Assembly (NCBI GenBank): GCA_051453625.1
Contig: JBOZIK010000001.1
Span: 19,394,383 to 19,429,770, forward strand
DNA: 35,388 nucleotides
Source of the DNA: Welwitschia mirabilis
Lineage: Eukaryota
Direction: 5' to 3'
Position numbers and translations under genes: made by a program. Below are positions 1-11,047 of the stretch, piece by piece; position 1 is the first letter of the stretch; each line of letters begins with the position of its first letter. The notes under the pieces are model-generated. The model was not told where the DNA came from. It was given only the letters and a program-made list of their open reading frames with translations, and did not search any database.

Positions 1-686
1 GCAAGTTGAATGCTGCTCTTTTTAAGATTCTTTAATGATGAAAATACAATCGACTATATCTTACATCATCTTGATTGAGTGGTATCCTCTATAAAATAGG
101 TTCTACAAGTTTTTTTTTTTTTAAAATCTTCTCCTTTGGAGTTTTGAAAACAAGATTGCATTTAATTTTTAGAATTGGTTGGTACGCATAAATGCTATAG
201 TTATAGCTTTCTTTGAATTCTTCAACTATTACCATATAGAAAAGAATTAGATAATGTTCTTTCAATGTCATCAAACTCTAGGTACATCTAAATAATAGTA
301 ACCATTTTTCGTGTTCTTGTGATAATGGCCTAATGCATACTAGTCTAAAATAAAATTACATTATTTGCATATTGATAAGTAGTCATATAGTATCTACTAA
401 ATTCAAAAGAGTCAATCAAGAAAATATAATTGACTAGTCTAAAAGGCATGAAATATCTTATCTTATATGCTTAGAGTGAAATCTTGAATAGTAAATACCA
501 ATTATCAACTATTTCTAGAAAGAAAAAAATAATGCTCACCAAGATCTAAATTTTGGCCAGCTACATAATCACGATTACCTAAGAGTGGTGATGATGAAGA
601 GTATTCATCCAATACTTATTTCATAGAAGGTCAAGCGGATAAGAATCAAGAAAAAACTTGAAATAGATAATGTTAAGAGTATAGTA
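1..686 (-). pseudogene. Decayed spliced gene fragment (exon 686-540, intron 539-345, exon from 344 downward); product uncertain, weak resemblance to an RPA70-like OB fold
   Basis: Minus strand shows acceptor TTTTGTGTTTTTTGTAG before 686, donor G|GTGAG at 540/539 and acceptor TTTTAG at 345. The 147-nt exon reads YYTLNIIYFKFFLDSYPLDLL*NKYWMNTLHHHHS*VIVIM*LAKI*IL, with stops explicable as CGA/CAG deamination. Confidence 0.3.
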
Positions 687-2300
687 CTACAAAAAACACA
701 AAATAAATAAGTTATGATAAAATTCATAGACACTACAGCTATCACGAGAGTGAATGTAGATGCCAATTCTTCATATGATAAGTCAAGAATATTAGGAGAG
801 AAGTTTATTAATATTATACTTATTTGTAGGGAATACCAAAATTCTAAAGTTCAATTATCCCAGGATTTTAAAATAGATAATTTGAGAAATACTTGCTTTG
901 CAAAGATGCAAACATTTTAATAAACAGTTTTTATGCAAAATTATTGCAACCAAAATTATTATTTGAAAAGCAAGAATAACACTTAAGAATTGAGTGTTCA
1001 ATAGAAAGCATATGAAAGATTATTTTCAAAAGAATTTTAAAATCATTATATTCCATAACACCTTTTATTATTAAAAGTAATTAGAAGAATTTTAGTGTAA
1101 TTCTTTTAAGAAAAGAGTACCGTTTCTAAAGAAATCAAGATTTATTAAAACAACTGAATTTCTAATGAAATTAAGATCTATATTCTAATTATGTATCTGA
1201 AACCAAAAGTTAAAAAAATCAAAAGGTGAATAATCTATGAGTAAAGCCTTCACTGATTTCAATGACTTTTTAATTCTCAATCAAGAAATAATGATGAACT
1301 ACAAAAAAATTTGAGAGTATATTTGTAAATAGAAAGAATTAAATGATTTAAAATTATATCAAATAAATTACTAAATTGATTTCTAAAGGATAAAGAAATG
1401 AAAATTCAAAAAATGAACCTGATAGAAAAGACTTCTAAAAAGCACAAATGTGATGCTTATAGTGGAACCTCAAACTTGAAAAACTAAAAATTAAAAAATG
1501 TAGATGAAGATGCTATCGACAGGAGTCTTTTAATTTTGTGTAAATAATATTTTATTTAATATGAATCTCATTGTAATCAATCTATGTAAGATTCATAGAC
1601 ACTTATCTGAAGCTGAAAATAGTAGGAAATGAAAAATTCAATGTCTTATTTGATGCATGCAGCATGATTTTTGCTTCAGTGTGTCTGATCTTTATGAATT
1701 ATAATGTATCAGCACTTTGATTTCTCAATAAATTTTGGTGAATTTAAAGCCCATGAACTAAAGCTACAAAAGCAATGTCTTCTTGGAATGGTTTAGAACT
1801 GTATGTAGTAAATCAAGATAATGAGTTGGAGAGTGCCTTTGTAAATTAACCATCATTTGTCTTGTACATATTTTATTTATTTTCTAAACTTTTCTTTCCT
1901 CTCACACACAAGTTCTAGAAATGTAGATATGAAGGTATGAAACTCTAGATTATAATCACTACCACTACAATTTCTCTTCACATAGTGGCTCTAGAACTAG
2001 ATAAGACCTAGACTTCTTAAGAAGTAAAATGTAAAAACATTGAAATATAAAGAGTAGAAGTCACCTCTCAATGATGCCCATTCTATGAAACATGATGACT
2101 TAAAATATAATTTTTAGATTCTAAGATTAACTCTTTTCATCTGGTAGTAGAGAGATTAGAGAACTAATAAGAATGTAATCCTTTTTCTAGGTGATTAATA
2201 CCATGGTTATTTGTTACTTTTCAAACATTGGGAAACTGTTGAATTAGAAGTTTCCTATTTTAGCAAATTTATGCCTTTGTCCTAATCAATAATCTATTAT

Positions 2301-2353
2301 TGATAATGGCTTTGTCAATATAGTAATGATAATGGCTTTGTTAATCTATAATA
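2301..2353 (+). repeat. 26-bp tandem duplication (TGATAATGGCTTTGTYAAT... x2)
   Basis: tgataatggctttgtcaatatagtaa at 2301 and tgataatggctttgttaatctataata at 2327. Confidence 0.8.
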
Positions 2354-2934
2354 GGGTTAGGCCTGTACATAACATACGTCTAAAATTTGATCATGATAAA
2401 TACTTCCAAGAACTTTGTAATCATGTTAAAGGTCTGAAAATAGCACAAGAATGAATAGGTAAGATGTTTGATTATTCAAAATTATGAAACCAAATAAATA
2501 TGTAGCAGTTACCAAGATTTTCAATAGGATAGTTTTCATGTTCTTATATCTCATCAATTATTTTGTTTGGAAGAATGGATATAACCCTATAACACTCATA
2601 ATAAGTAATTTGGAAACATGTCATAACTGATAGAAAAAATAGCATTTTAACTCTCAAGTAGGTAGTACACTTAACTAATAATAAGTGTAGAATGTAACTT
2701 AATATAACTAAGAAAAACAAGTTCTAGCCTTTAAAAATCTAAAACCTAATAATCCCATCCCATGATCTAGTTACAAGTATGTCCTCATTTAACTATATCT
2801 TATCAAGCCTCAGAGGTTAGAAAAGAATGCTTCACTCCTTATAATATTATAACACTAAAATTTACAAATTGTATATAATAAAGTTGTTAAAATAAGAAAG
2901 GTATAAGAGTTATCACTAATGAACTTTATCTTAC

Positions 2935-3162
2935 CTTAAGCATTACATCAATAGAGTCTAGATGTCCAACAAAATGGTCACTGCTTATAATAATTGCCTT
3001 ATAGCCTGCTTACTAATATCTGCCATAATAATTGGAAACTGAATTACCAATCAAGTTAGAAGGTCAACAGTCAAAATTCCAAGGAAAATATCTAGTCCAA
3101 GGATGTTAATAATACCTTTCATGGAAGAAGTATCAATCACTGATGAAGGATTCATATTTTGT
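2935..3162 (-). pseudogene. Two exon-like segments (3162-3116 and 3019-2935) separated by a 96-bp GT..AG intron-like segment; product unknown
   Basis: Minus strand has AAAG|GTATT at 3116/3115, TGGCAG| at 3020 and AAG|GTAAG at 2935/2934. The first piece reads QNMNPSSVIDTSSMK and runs into a gap. Confidence 0.2.
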
Positions 3163-3558
3163 NNNNNNNNNNNNNNNNNNNNNNNNNNNNNNNNNNNNNN
3201 NNNNNNNNNNNNNNNNNNNNNNNNNNNNNNNNNNNNNNNNNNNNNNNNNNNNNNNNNNNNNNNNNNNNNNNNNNNNNNNNNNNNNNNNNNNNNNNNNNNN
3301 NNNNNNNNNNNNNNNNNNNNNNNNNNNNNNNNNNNNNNNNNNNNNNNNNNNNNNNNNNNNNNNNNNNNNNNNNNNNNNNNNNNNNNNNNNNNNNNNNNNN
3401 NNNNNNNNNNNNNNNNNNNNNNNNNNNNNNNNNNNNNNNNNNNNNNNNNNNNNNNNNNNNNNNNNNNNNNNNNNNNNNNNNNNNNNNNNNNNNNNNNNNN
3501 NNNNNNNNNNNNNNNNNNNNNNNNNNNNNNNNNNNNNNNNNNNNNNNNNNNNNNNNNN
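3163..3558. other. Assembly gap (N run)
   Basis: Run of N. Confidence 1.
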
Positions 3559-6500
3559 TATGCATGAAACTCTTTTGGTCAAAACAAATATGATAAACCT
3601 TTTTATGTTATTCCCTTCTGATCTCATCCTCTTTATTTGCTGTTATGTTTTCTCCATTTTTATTTTCTTCTATACATGAAAATTCCATAGCAGTAAGATA
3701 GAAAGGAATACATTTTCTAAAATATTTGGACATTGAAAAAATAGTAATGAGTGTCTTGTTATGACACAAATATACACATCAATATAATAAATAAAGCAAA
3801 TCATGGTATATGAATAAGGTTTCCATGAATTTACTTTTTCAAAAAGGTGGAAAAAATGAGCACATACATACATGCACATTGTTTTGATATTTAGAATAAA
3901 AAGCAGCTCCACCAAACTTACCTCTCTTTATGAAACATCTATCAAGCATGTTTTGTTGTGTTGAATGCAGGCTTCCAAATGTTAAAATTCTTTGATGTAA
4001 TTATGAGCACTCTATTCTTTGCCCAAAAAATTGAATCAAACTCATTTTTTCCACATGCCTAAGAAATAGATCTAAAAGAATATTTATTTCTTTGAAATAA
4101 TTTTAATTTCGCATTTGCATGTAGTTTTGATTTACTGAATGTTTACATGATTTGATACATGATTAAATATAAATGCATAGAATCTGAATTACTTGATCAA
4201 AGTTGCATAGAATTATTTTCATGTACACTAACTATCAAGCATTAAAATTTGTAACATCTCAATGTACATGTATTTCTTTCTGTAACTTTCTCTGATTCAG
4301 GAATTATTGAGTTCAACACATGTGAAAACACTGGTTGTAAGGGCTGGCTTAATAATTTTTTAGTAAAATGTTTTCTTTTTCTAAAGTTTCAGTATGGTTC
4401 AATAGCTTATAATAACTAATCTGTAGATGGCTATCATATGGGTTCTAAAGAAACCAGTAGTCCCTCAAAACACGTAGTAAGAAATGGGCCTTTAACATGG
4501 AATTCAAACCCAGGATGAGCTATAATTGAATATGCAATAAATAAATACATTAACAAACTTGAAATCTGATGTTTATCTAACAGAGAATAGAGGAAGCATT
4601 GGGTATGGAATAGGATTAAGAGGTAAGACTTTGAACAAGTTTTATGCAAGTGTCTCAGCAACACAACTCTAACACTTGCATACATAAGGAATGGAAAGAA
4701 AACCAAAAGAAGAAAATCTAAACAAAGGCTATAGCTGTTAATTTTTTGGCAACTATGTTTGATTACTCACAAGTTAATATTTATAGGAAAGTAACCATTT
4801 TAAGATATATAAAAATATATTCACATATATCTAAAATGCACCTAGCCATTTTGTCATACATGAAAATTGCTATGCCTAGCTAGTTGTTACAGACTTATAG
4901 AAGAATAATTAATTAAAGATCTTAGTATACAATTTTCTCTAACTAGTTAGTATTTCTGTTTCTCTTATTTTAATACATGAATAGTCAATTTGGAAAATAG
5001 CATGCTTGATACTAAGAACAAATTTGCAGTATGAATTGAACATAGATAAACTCTTTGTTCCTGTGTCAATAACACTTAAAGACCCAGCATACTGCCAGGT
5101 TCTACACCATGTCTCCTTATAAAAATAGATAAACTAGATTAGATGAACATATTATGTTTTAGATGAACAGAATATTGGACATTTGCATTTGCATTTAGAT
5201 TTTTTTTGTCTTCCCTACCATCTTAGATATCAGCATATAGAAAAAGATCGCTGAGAAAGTGAAGTTTCAAAATGAATTGACATTGCAAATGCTTTTCTTT
5301 AATTATATTCACTATAAATGTTATATTTCAAAGTTTTTAAAACTTGTAGAGAATGTCACCCTGCTATGAATTGGTTGCATCTTATAGAGGTATAGGATGT
5401 GCCTCTGTAATACATCTTTCTTTGCTACCCTTTTTTTTTTAAATTTTTCTCATTGCATATTTTATTAAGGATAGTTTAGCATTGTTCTACATAGAATATT
5501 GTATACACTTAAAAGCTAAAGAAGATGGCAAAAGCCTCATGATTAAAGAAAGATCAACTGACTCAATAATTTCTAACTTTGTTGTGTGAACAAAAAGAAC
5601 ATTTTAGAAACATGAAGAATAATCAGTGAAAGATAAGATGATGATGAATATTATTTCTATCATTTCTATTTTCTAGAGGAGCCCTAAATAGAGTTTTTAA
5701 TTAGAATAGAACAAAATGTTGAAATCCTTAAAAAAACAGAAACTTTAGCAAACCACTTAAGAAGTGTTGAGAAGGAAGATAATACTAATGCAACTGTTAT
5801 GTGGAAATTGCTAGACGTAACCCCAAGAATAATTTTAAAAAGATTACTTGAAAGCTTTTGCTTAGCTTTGATGCATGTTATTATAAGATTAATGGCTGCA
5901 TTGACTGAAGAAAAAGCCCCGTGGAAGCTTTTTATAAAGGCAAAGCTTTCAAGATCTCTCATCATCACCTTAAAATGTCACCAGCATGTGATGTTTTTTG
6001 TAATAAGCACTCATAATAAGACCTTGCATAATGCTTGCTAATCTACACATTCATGAGATTAGGGTAATATTCATCATCCAATCATAAAAGGTGAACGCTG
6101 ATCAAATGCGAAGTAAAAAATCTTGTAGAATAGAAAATGCAAAACTTCTAAAGGAAATCGAATCTTTAACAATGTTTAAACTGATCTTAAACAAAAATAT
6201 ATACCTGTGAGAAAACATAGAGAAAAAAGAATGCTAAAATTTGATTTCAGAGAGAACATACCTATAAGAAACGCTAAATTTGTAATATCTTCATGTTCAT
6301 TTTGATAACAGAGAAGCTTTCTCTGCTATTGTTTCAGTAACTACCTATCTCATCACTATCTAATTTAGAACAAAGCTAGAAAGGTAGAAAGATGAGCAAG
6401 ATCTTGAAATCAATGGAGGTGGGATCCGTACTTGTGTTGATGGAAGCATGGAAGAGAAGAAAGAGGAGAGAAAGACTTATAAAAGAAGAAAAGTAAGTAA

Positions 6501-6959
6501 CTGAAGCATAATTAGATTACAATTCAAAAAATGTAATCATTCATCTGTGATAAACCTAGGGGAAAATGAAAAGTTTGAAAAAGTTCTTTCTTTCTATGAA
6601 ACATTGAAGAAACATGCAATGAAGTGAAAAGTGCTATTTGTACCTTAGATTGACTGCTTAGACTGCCTCTGCTTTCAAAGAAGAAAAATCACTGATCTCC
6701 TGATTTGAGAGGTGTGCTTCTTCTGAGCAAACAACTAAGTGAATGGCTTCTAGCAGAGAAATAGATCATTGAGCAACTAGATTATGGTCATTGTCTTATA
6801 GATTGTGCATTTTCATGTTTGACTTTACAGTCACCCCTATGTTAGATTCTTTTTCCTTCCTGAAGCAATTGCATGTATTAGTGTTTTCTTTTCTTGACCC
6901 CTTCAGATTTTGCAAAGTGCGATGATTTTATTTTTGGTAGTACGCGGAAAGAGACTAAG

Positions 6960-7225
6960 CTTTTATGGCATTTGTTCAGTTAAATGTGTTAAAAGTACAT
7001 AGATTTTATGACGTTGTTTCGTTAAATGCCTTAAAATATCAAAAACAGTTAAGGATTTTTTTTTTATAAACACCTTAAAAACATGCAATATGGAGCTTTT
7101 AAGGCATTTATTTAAAAAACGCCTTTAAAAGATTATTATTTCTTTTATTCAAGTCGTTTACCAAATTGAATGCCTTAAAATGTCCTATAATTAAGGCGTT
7201 TATTTAAGTAAATTTCTTAAAAGCC
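6960..7225. repeat. CACTA subterminal repeat array: alternating TTTTAAGGCATTT / AAATGCCTTAAAA units in inverted pairs
   Basis: Units include ttttatggcatttg (6961), aaatgccttaaaa (7024), aaacaccttaaaa (7068), ttttaaggcattta (7097), aaacgcctttaaaa (7117), aatgccttaaaa (7169) and ttaaggcgttta (7191). Confidence 0.8.
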
Positions 7226-7229
7226 TCTA

Positions 7230-7241
7230 TTTCTTGTAGCG
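7230..7241 (-). repeat. CACTA terminal inverted repeat (CGCTACAAGAAA on minus strand)
   Basis: Plus strand tttcttgtagcg is one mismatch from the En/Spm consensus CACTACAAGAAA and directly abuts the subterminal array. Confidence 0.8.
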
Positions 7242-8599
7242 ACTTTTTGGTCATTGAGAAAAACGTCAAAAATAAAGAATCTTCCTTCAAACTAAAGTTT
7301 ATAGATGTGTAAATGTCTTAAGATTGGGTGAATCCAATATTACCATGTAAAATGCCTAAGTCAAAGACAAGTCATAAAAATAAGTATATTAGTCATGTTT
7401 AAAAGATGATCAAGTGATATCATAATGGCATTCCAAGAAATAAGCTATGAAAAAATTCAGACAATGGTAGGGAAGAAGTCCTCATTATTGAGGGGAACCT
7501 CTAAGGTTAGTGCTTATATCATGTTTATATCATAAGATTGCTCGTATATTTTCAACCTTTACCCATTAACTTTCTAAATTTCTTTAATGGTTAAATCTGA
7601 AATCTCAACATAACCATTAGAATGTAGTTTCTCAAAGATAGGTAAGGACATAATCATTTAGAGATTAATTTATTTCTTAAAATAAAAACTAAAGTTAAAA
7701 CCATGAAAACATAAGAGTAAAAAGGAAAAACCAAAGTAAACTAAAAAGAAATTTTATTCAAATCCTAAAATCTATTTAACACTTTTAATTAAGAGAAAGA
7801 AAAAGAAGGATTTGTTGCTAAGGTTATGATCTCAGAATATTGCGTTCTTTCAGAAAATAAGGTCCAAACCAAATATTCACTAATTGATAAAACATAAAAA
7901 GTATACAATCATTTTTAAGTAAGATCAATTGCAGGAAGAGAGAGTAGAAAAATAAAACATTAATAGCCTAAATTTCAAAATTTGAATAAGAGATAAAGAA
8001 GTGATAAGTGTCATTGATAAATAATCTCTTATGAACACATTGTGAATCATGAGTATCATTGTAAAATGTAGAAGGTACTCAAGGAAATTATTTAGGAATA
8101 TTCTGAGGGATCTTTAAAATGTTTTCTATCATTTGGTTCAAGACATGGATCTTCAGTTAAAAAAAAAAAAAAGGCTTTTTTCAAGTAGCATAAGCAGTTA
8201 ACATTTTGTATCCACAAGATTTAGTAGTGATATAAGAGATAAAAAAATCATATAACTCATGAACAAACAATCTCTTATCAAACTCATGATATAAAGGATT
8301 TCAAACATAAATCGCATTCAAAGCTTGATATTGAACATGTAAAACATTAAGGGTATAATTTTGGATTCAAGGCTTTAAAAGAAACTTCATAGGTTGAGTG
8401 ATTAAGATACATTTAACATACCTAAGAAGCTCCTTAATATTTAATTATATGTAAGGATTTAGACTAAAAAGATAAGATTTGCCCTAATTTGGAGTTCCAA
8501 GATATTCCAAGTCTTGTTTTCGAAAAGGATAATCATTAAAAGCATAAGGTAAAGTTAACTTTGCAAAAGATAAAAATATGTTGCTTTTTGTAGTACATG

Positions 8600-10682
8600 A
8601 AGTTTTAAAGGAAAGGATTAGAAGATTTTTAAAGTAGAGCCCTCAAGGTGATGTGTTGTATTAATTTCAAGGACAAGGATGTGATTTGAAAAATCACTTG
8701 AATGTTCAAAAGAGATAAAGAAAAAGAGGTTATCATTATTAAGATCACAAGGTAATGTAGAAGTAGAAGTAGAAGGAGGGATGTCATTTAAAGTTTTGCA
8801 TGGAAGTACAAGTATAAAGAGATGAAGAAACATGTAGAGACTCTTTAAGTTGGTTTTTTTAATTAAAAGGTATAAGTCTATTTTCCATTAACTTTATTTG
8901 ATTTTCAATTGATACTTATTTATTCCTCTCCTTTTCATTATTGACTTCATCATTACTTGGTAGAATGATTTATTCATTGATCATATCTCCCTCTTCTTCA
9001 TTATCGATATCATTGATTATATCTTTCTCTTCTTTATTATTTTGTTGAGGATTATTTGTCTTTTATAGGTTGATGGATTTCTCAAAAAGATCATTAAAAA
9101 GATTATAGAAATGAAAGTTATCATTGTCTTCATTATGTGATGGAAAATTTTTTGATATTTCCTGAGTTTCCTCTTCTTCCTTTTTGTTGGATAATTTCAT
9201 TAATTCTAAACTATAATCCTTATTTTCAGTTATTGAGTTGCTATTATTGACTATCGTCTCAGACTGTCATTTGGACGATGGGAATGGATGACTCCTTTTA
9301 GAATGTAAATTCTTCACTGATTTTATTTCATTACTTAAATTTTCCATTAATCTCATATATTGAACTTCTTTTAAAGGTTAAACTCCTTCATACTCATCAA
9401 AAAGTAAGTGAAAACTAGGGATGTGATCTAATATTTCAATGTTATCATCCTCTTCTTCTTCATCATTCTCATCATCTTATTACATGTTATTATTTTTTAA
9501 TTCATTAGAAGAAGAAATGTGATAATTATTTCTATCATAGATTAAAGAACTTTTAGAATTTTCATGAGTGGATTCTTCATCTAGATTGTTTAGCATTAAA
9601 TGGATGCTTAGGATATAGTCTAATACCTTAATATCATCATCTAATGAATGGTCATCCTCATCCCTATTATTAAAAGATTGAGTTTAGTTGTTGTTGTATC
9701 GTCTTTACTCATCTCCTAATGAGTCAGATGCTGAAGTTTAATTCAAAATTTTATCTTCTATTTGAAAGCAAGAATCATTACCATTTGTTTCTAAATTCTC
9801 TTCATTTTCTTCAAGGTAAGGTATAGAAGAATAGGTTTGAGGCTGTTGTATTTTAGAAGAGCCTAGATTTTGTCATAGTGTTTATTTCAAGGTCTCAATC
9901 AAATATTCTAGCTTGTTGTTAAAATTTTCTAAGCTTTTGTTGAAATTTTCTAGTCTTTTAGTGGTAGTTTATTATATTTTCTTCATTTCATCAATCATTT
10001 CTTTTATTGGATCATTTTATTCCTCGTAGTAATTCATGGAAGATGGTTCTTCTTCATAGTAATGCATAGGAGATGGTTGGGATTGATAAAGATGATTATA
10101 GGACATTTGTCTAAATGAGGTGGAATCCCTAAAATGTTGAAAATTTTCATTGTCATTTCTATGTAAAGTTTGAAATGAAGAAGGGGAATAATAAGATGGT
10201 TAAAAAGAGGAATGGGCCTAATTCCTACTCTTAACATTATTTTGTGTTTTTCTCCCTCTTAATATAAAAAATTATCGAAGTTCTTTCTTACTATTGTCCT
10301 CAGAATTTTTTAAGTTTCTCCTCCTTTCAGCAAGAATTTCCCTAGGATCCTTGTATTACTATTCATAATTTCAATTGATAAGGAAGATAAGAATATAGTT
10401 AAGATTAATTTCTACTTTCTTTAATGTTTTATCTTTTTATTGAAATTATCTGGATTCTTAATGCTCAAAAGATGTGTAATGGCTATTATTATCTTCTAAA
10501 AAATTTTCTTTTTGAAAATCAGATTCAGAAAAAAAAAAAAAAAAAGAACCTGGGAAGAGATATTGTACATATCTAGAAATTGTGTATCTAATTCTAATTT
10601 TAGGTTGACTAATCCTTCTCTGATGTTTCTCTTGTATCAGCCATTTTTCTTTGATATTTCCTTCCCAAATTGACCATGTCAC
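8600..10682 (-). pseudogene. Long decayed acidic, N/D/E-rich ORF with a coiled-coil segment, in the gag position; no family motif recognised
   Basis: Manual translation gives MNYYEE*NDPIKEMIDEMKKI**TTTKRLENFNKSLENFNNKLEYLIETLK (~10037-9885). One frame from ~9860 to 8860 follows with only sporadic TAA/TGA stops and an internal repeat DDIKVLDYILSIHLML / DDNIEILDHIPSFHLLF. It overlaps track ORFs 10458-10682, 10034-10237 and 8618-8833. Confidence 0.55.
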
Positions 10683-11023
10683 AACATTCTACAAATAGAA
10701 AACAAACTAAAAAACAACTAACAATTGTTCTTCTAGTTATGGGGACAACACAAGAAATGATAAAAATAAAAAATAGAAAGCTAAAATTTGCTATAACCTT
10801 AAAATAGAATGTAGAAAACTAAAAAAAAAGTGTCGTCCAACTTGTCATGGGGGCAATAGGGAAGACAATGGCTATTTTACTATTAGAACCAAAATCAAAA
10901 GTAAAATTTATAAATAAAAAATAACTAGATGATAATTGTTATTATAGACTACATATGAATAACCAAATGAAAATCCAATTTATTCACTCGAATAATGATA
11001 ATCTTTGTGCTTCTCAGTAGCCT

Positions 11024-11041
11024 TCCCTAGCAATAGCAGCA
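11024..11041 (-). promoter_or_regulatory. Degenerate primer-binding site, tRNA-Asp type (Athila TGGCGCCGTTGCCGGGGA)
   Basis: Plus strand TCCCTAGCAATAGCAGCA versus canonical reverse complement TCCCCGGCAACGGCGCCA; two CG dinucleotides have become TA. It lies 6 bp from the LTR end. Confidence 0.65.
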
Positions 11042-11047
11042 AGATAT

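Larger units (their letters stand above)
1..7241 (-). mobile_element. Partial CACTA (En/Spm) DNA transposon, probably non-autonomous; only one terminus is in the window and the left extent is unknown
   Basis: There is a TIR-like end at 7230-7241 with a subterminal repeat array just inside it. No transposase (TnpD) motifs were recognised in 1-7000. Extending the element to position 1 is inference. Confidence 0.45.

Noticed and set aside
685..696. TACTACAAAAAA as the left CACTA TIR
   Set aside because: No subterminal repeats follow and the flank (TAG) does not match ACT at the other end. It is better explained as a minus-strand splice acceptor.
3103..3679. Long ORFs in the track around 3103-3679 (also 13853-14203, 24127-24357, 27541-27786, 34026-34226)
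   Set aside because: They are artefacts of translating through N runs.
714..4706. Short track ORFs 714-920, 3670-3915 and 4434-4706 as genes
   Set aside because: They are short, have AT-rich composition and show no recognisable motifs; consistent with chance.
8860..8900. KVNG-RLIPF, resembling the Athila integrase C-terminal FKVNGxRLK motif
   Set aside because: It needs a frameshift. The continuous frame reads IKLMENRLIPFN and no other integrase motif is nearby, so it was not called.
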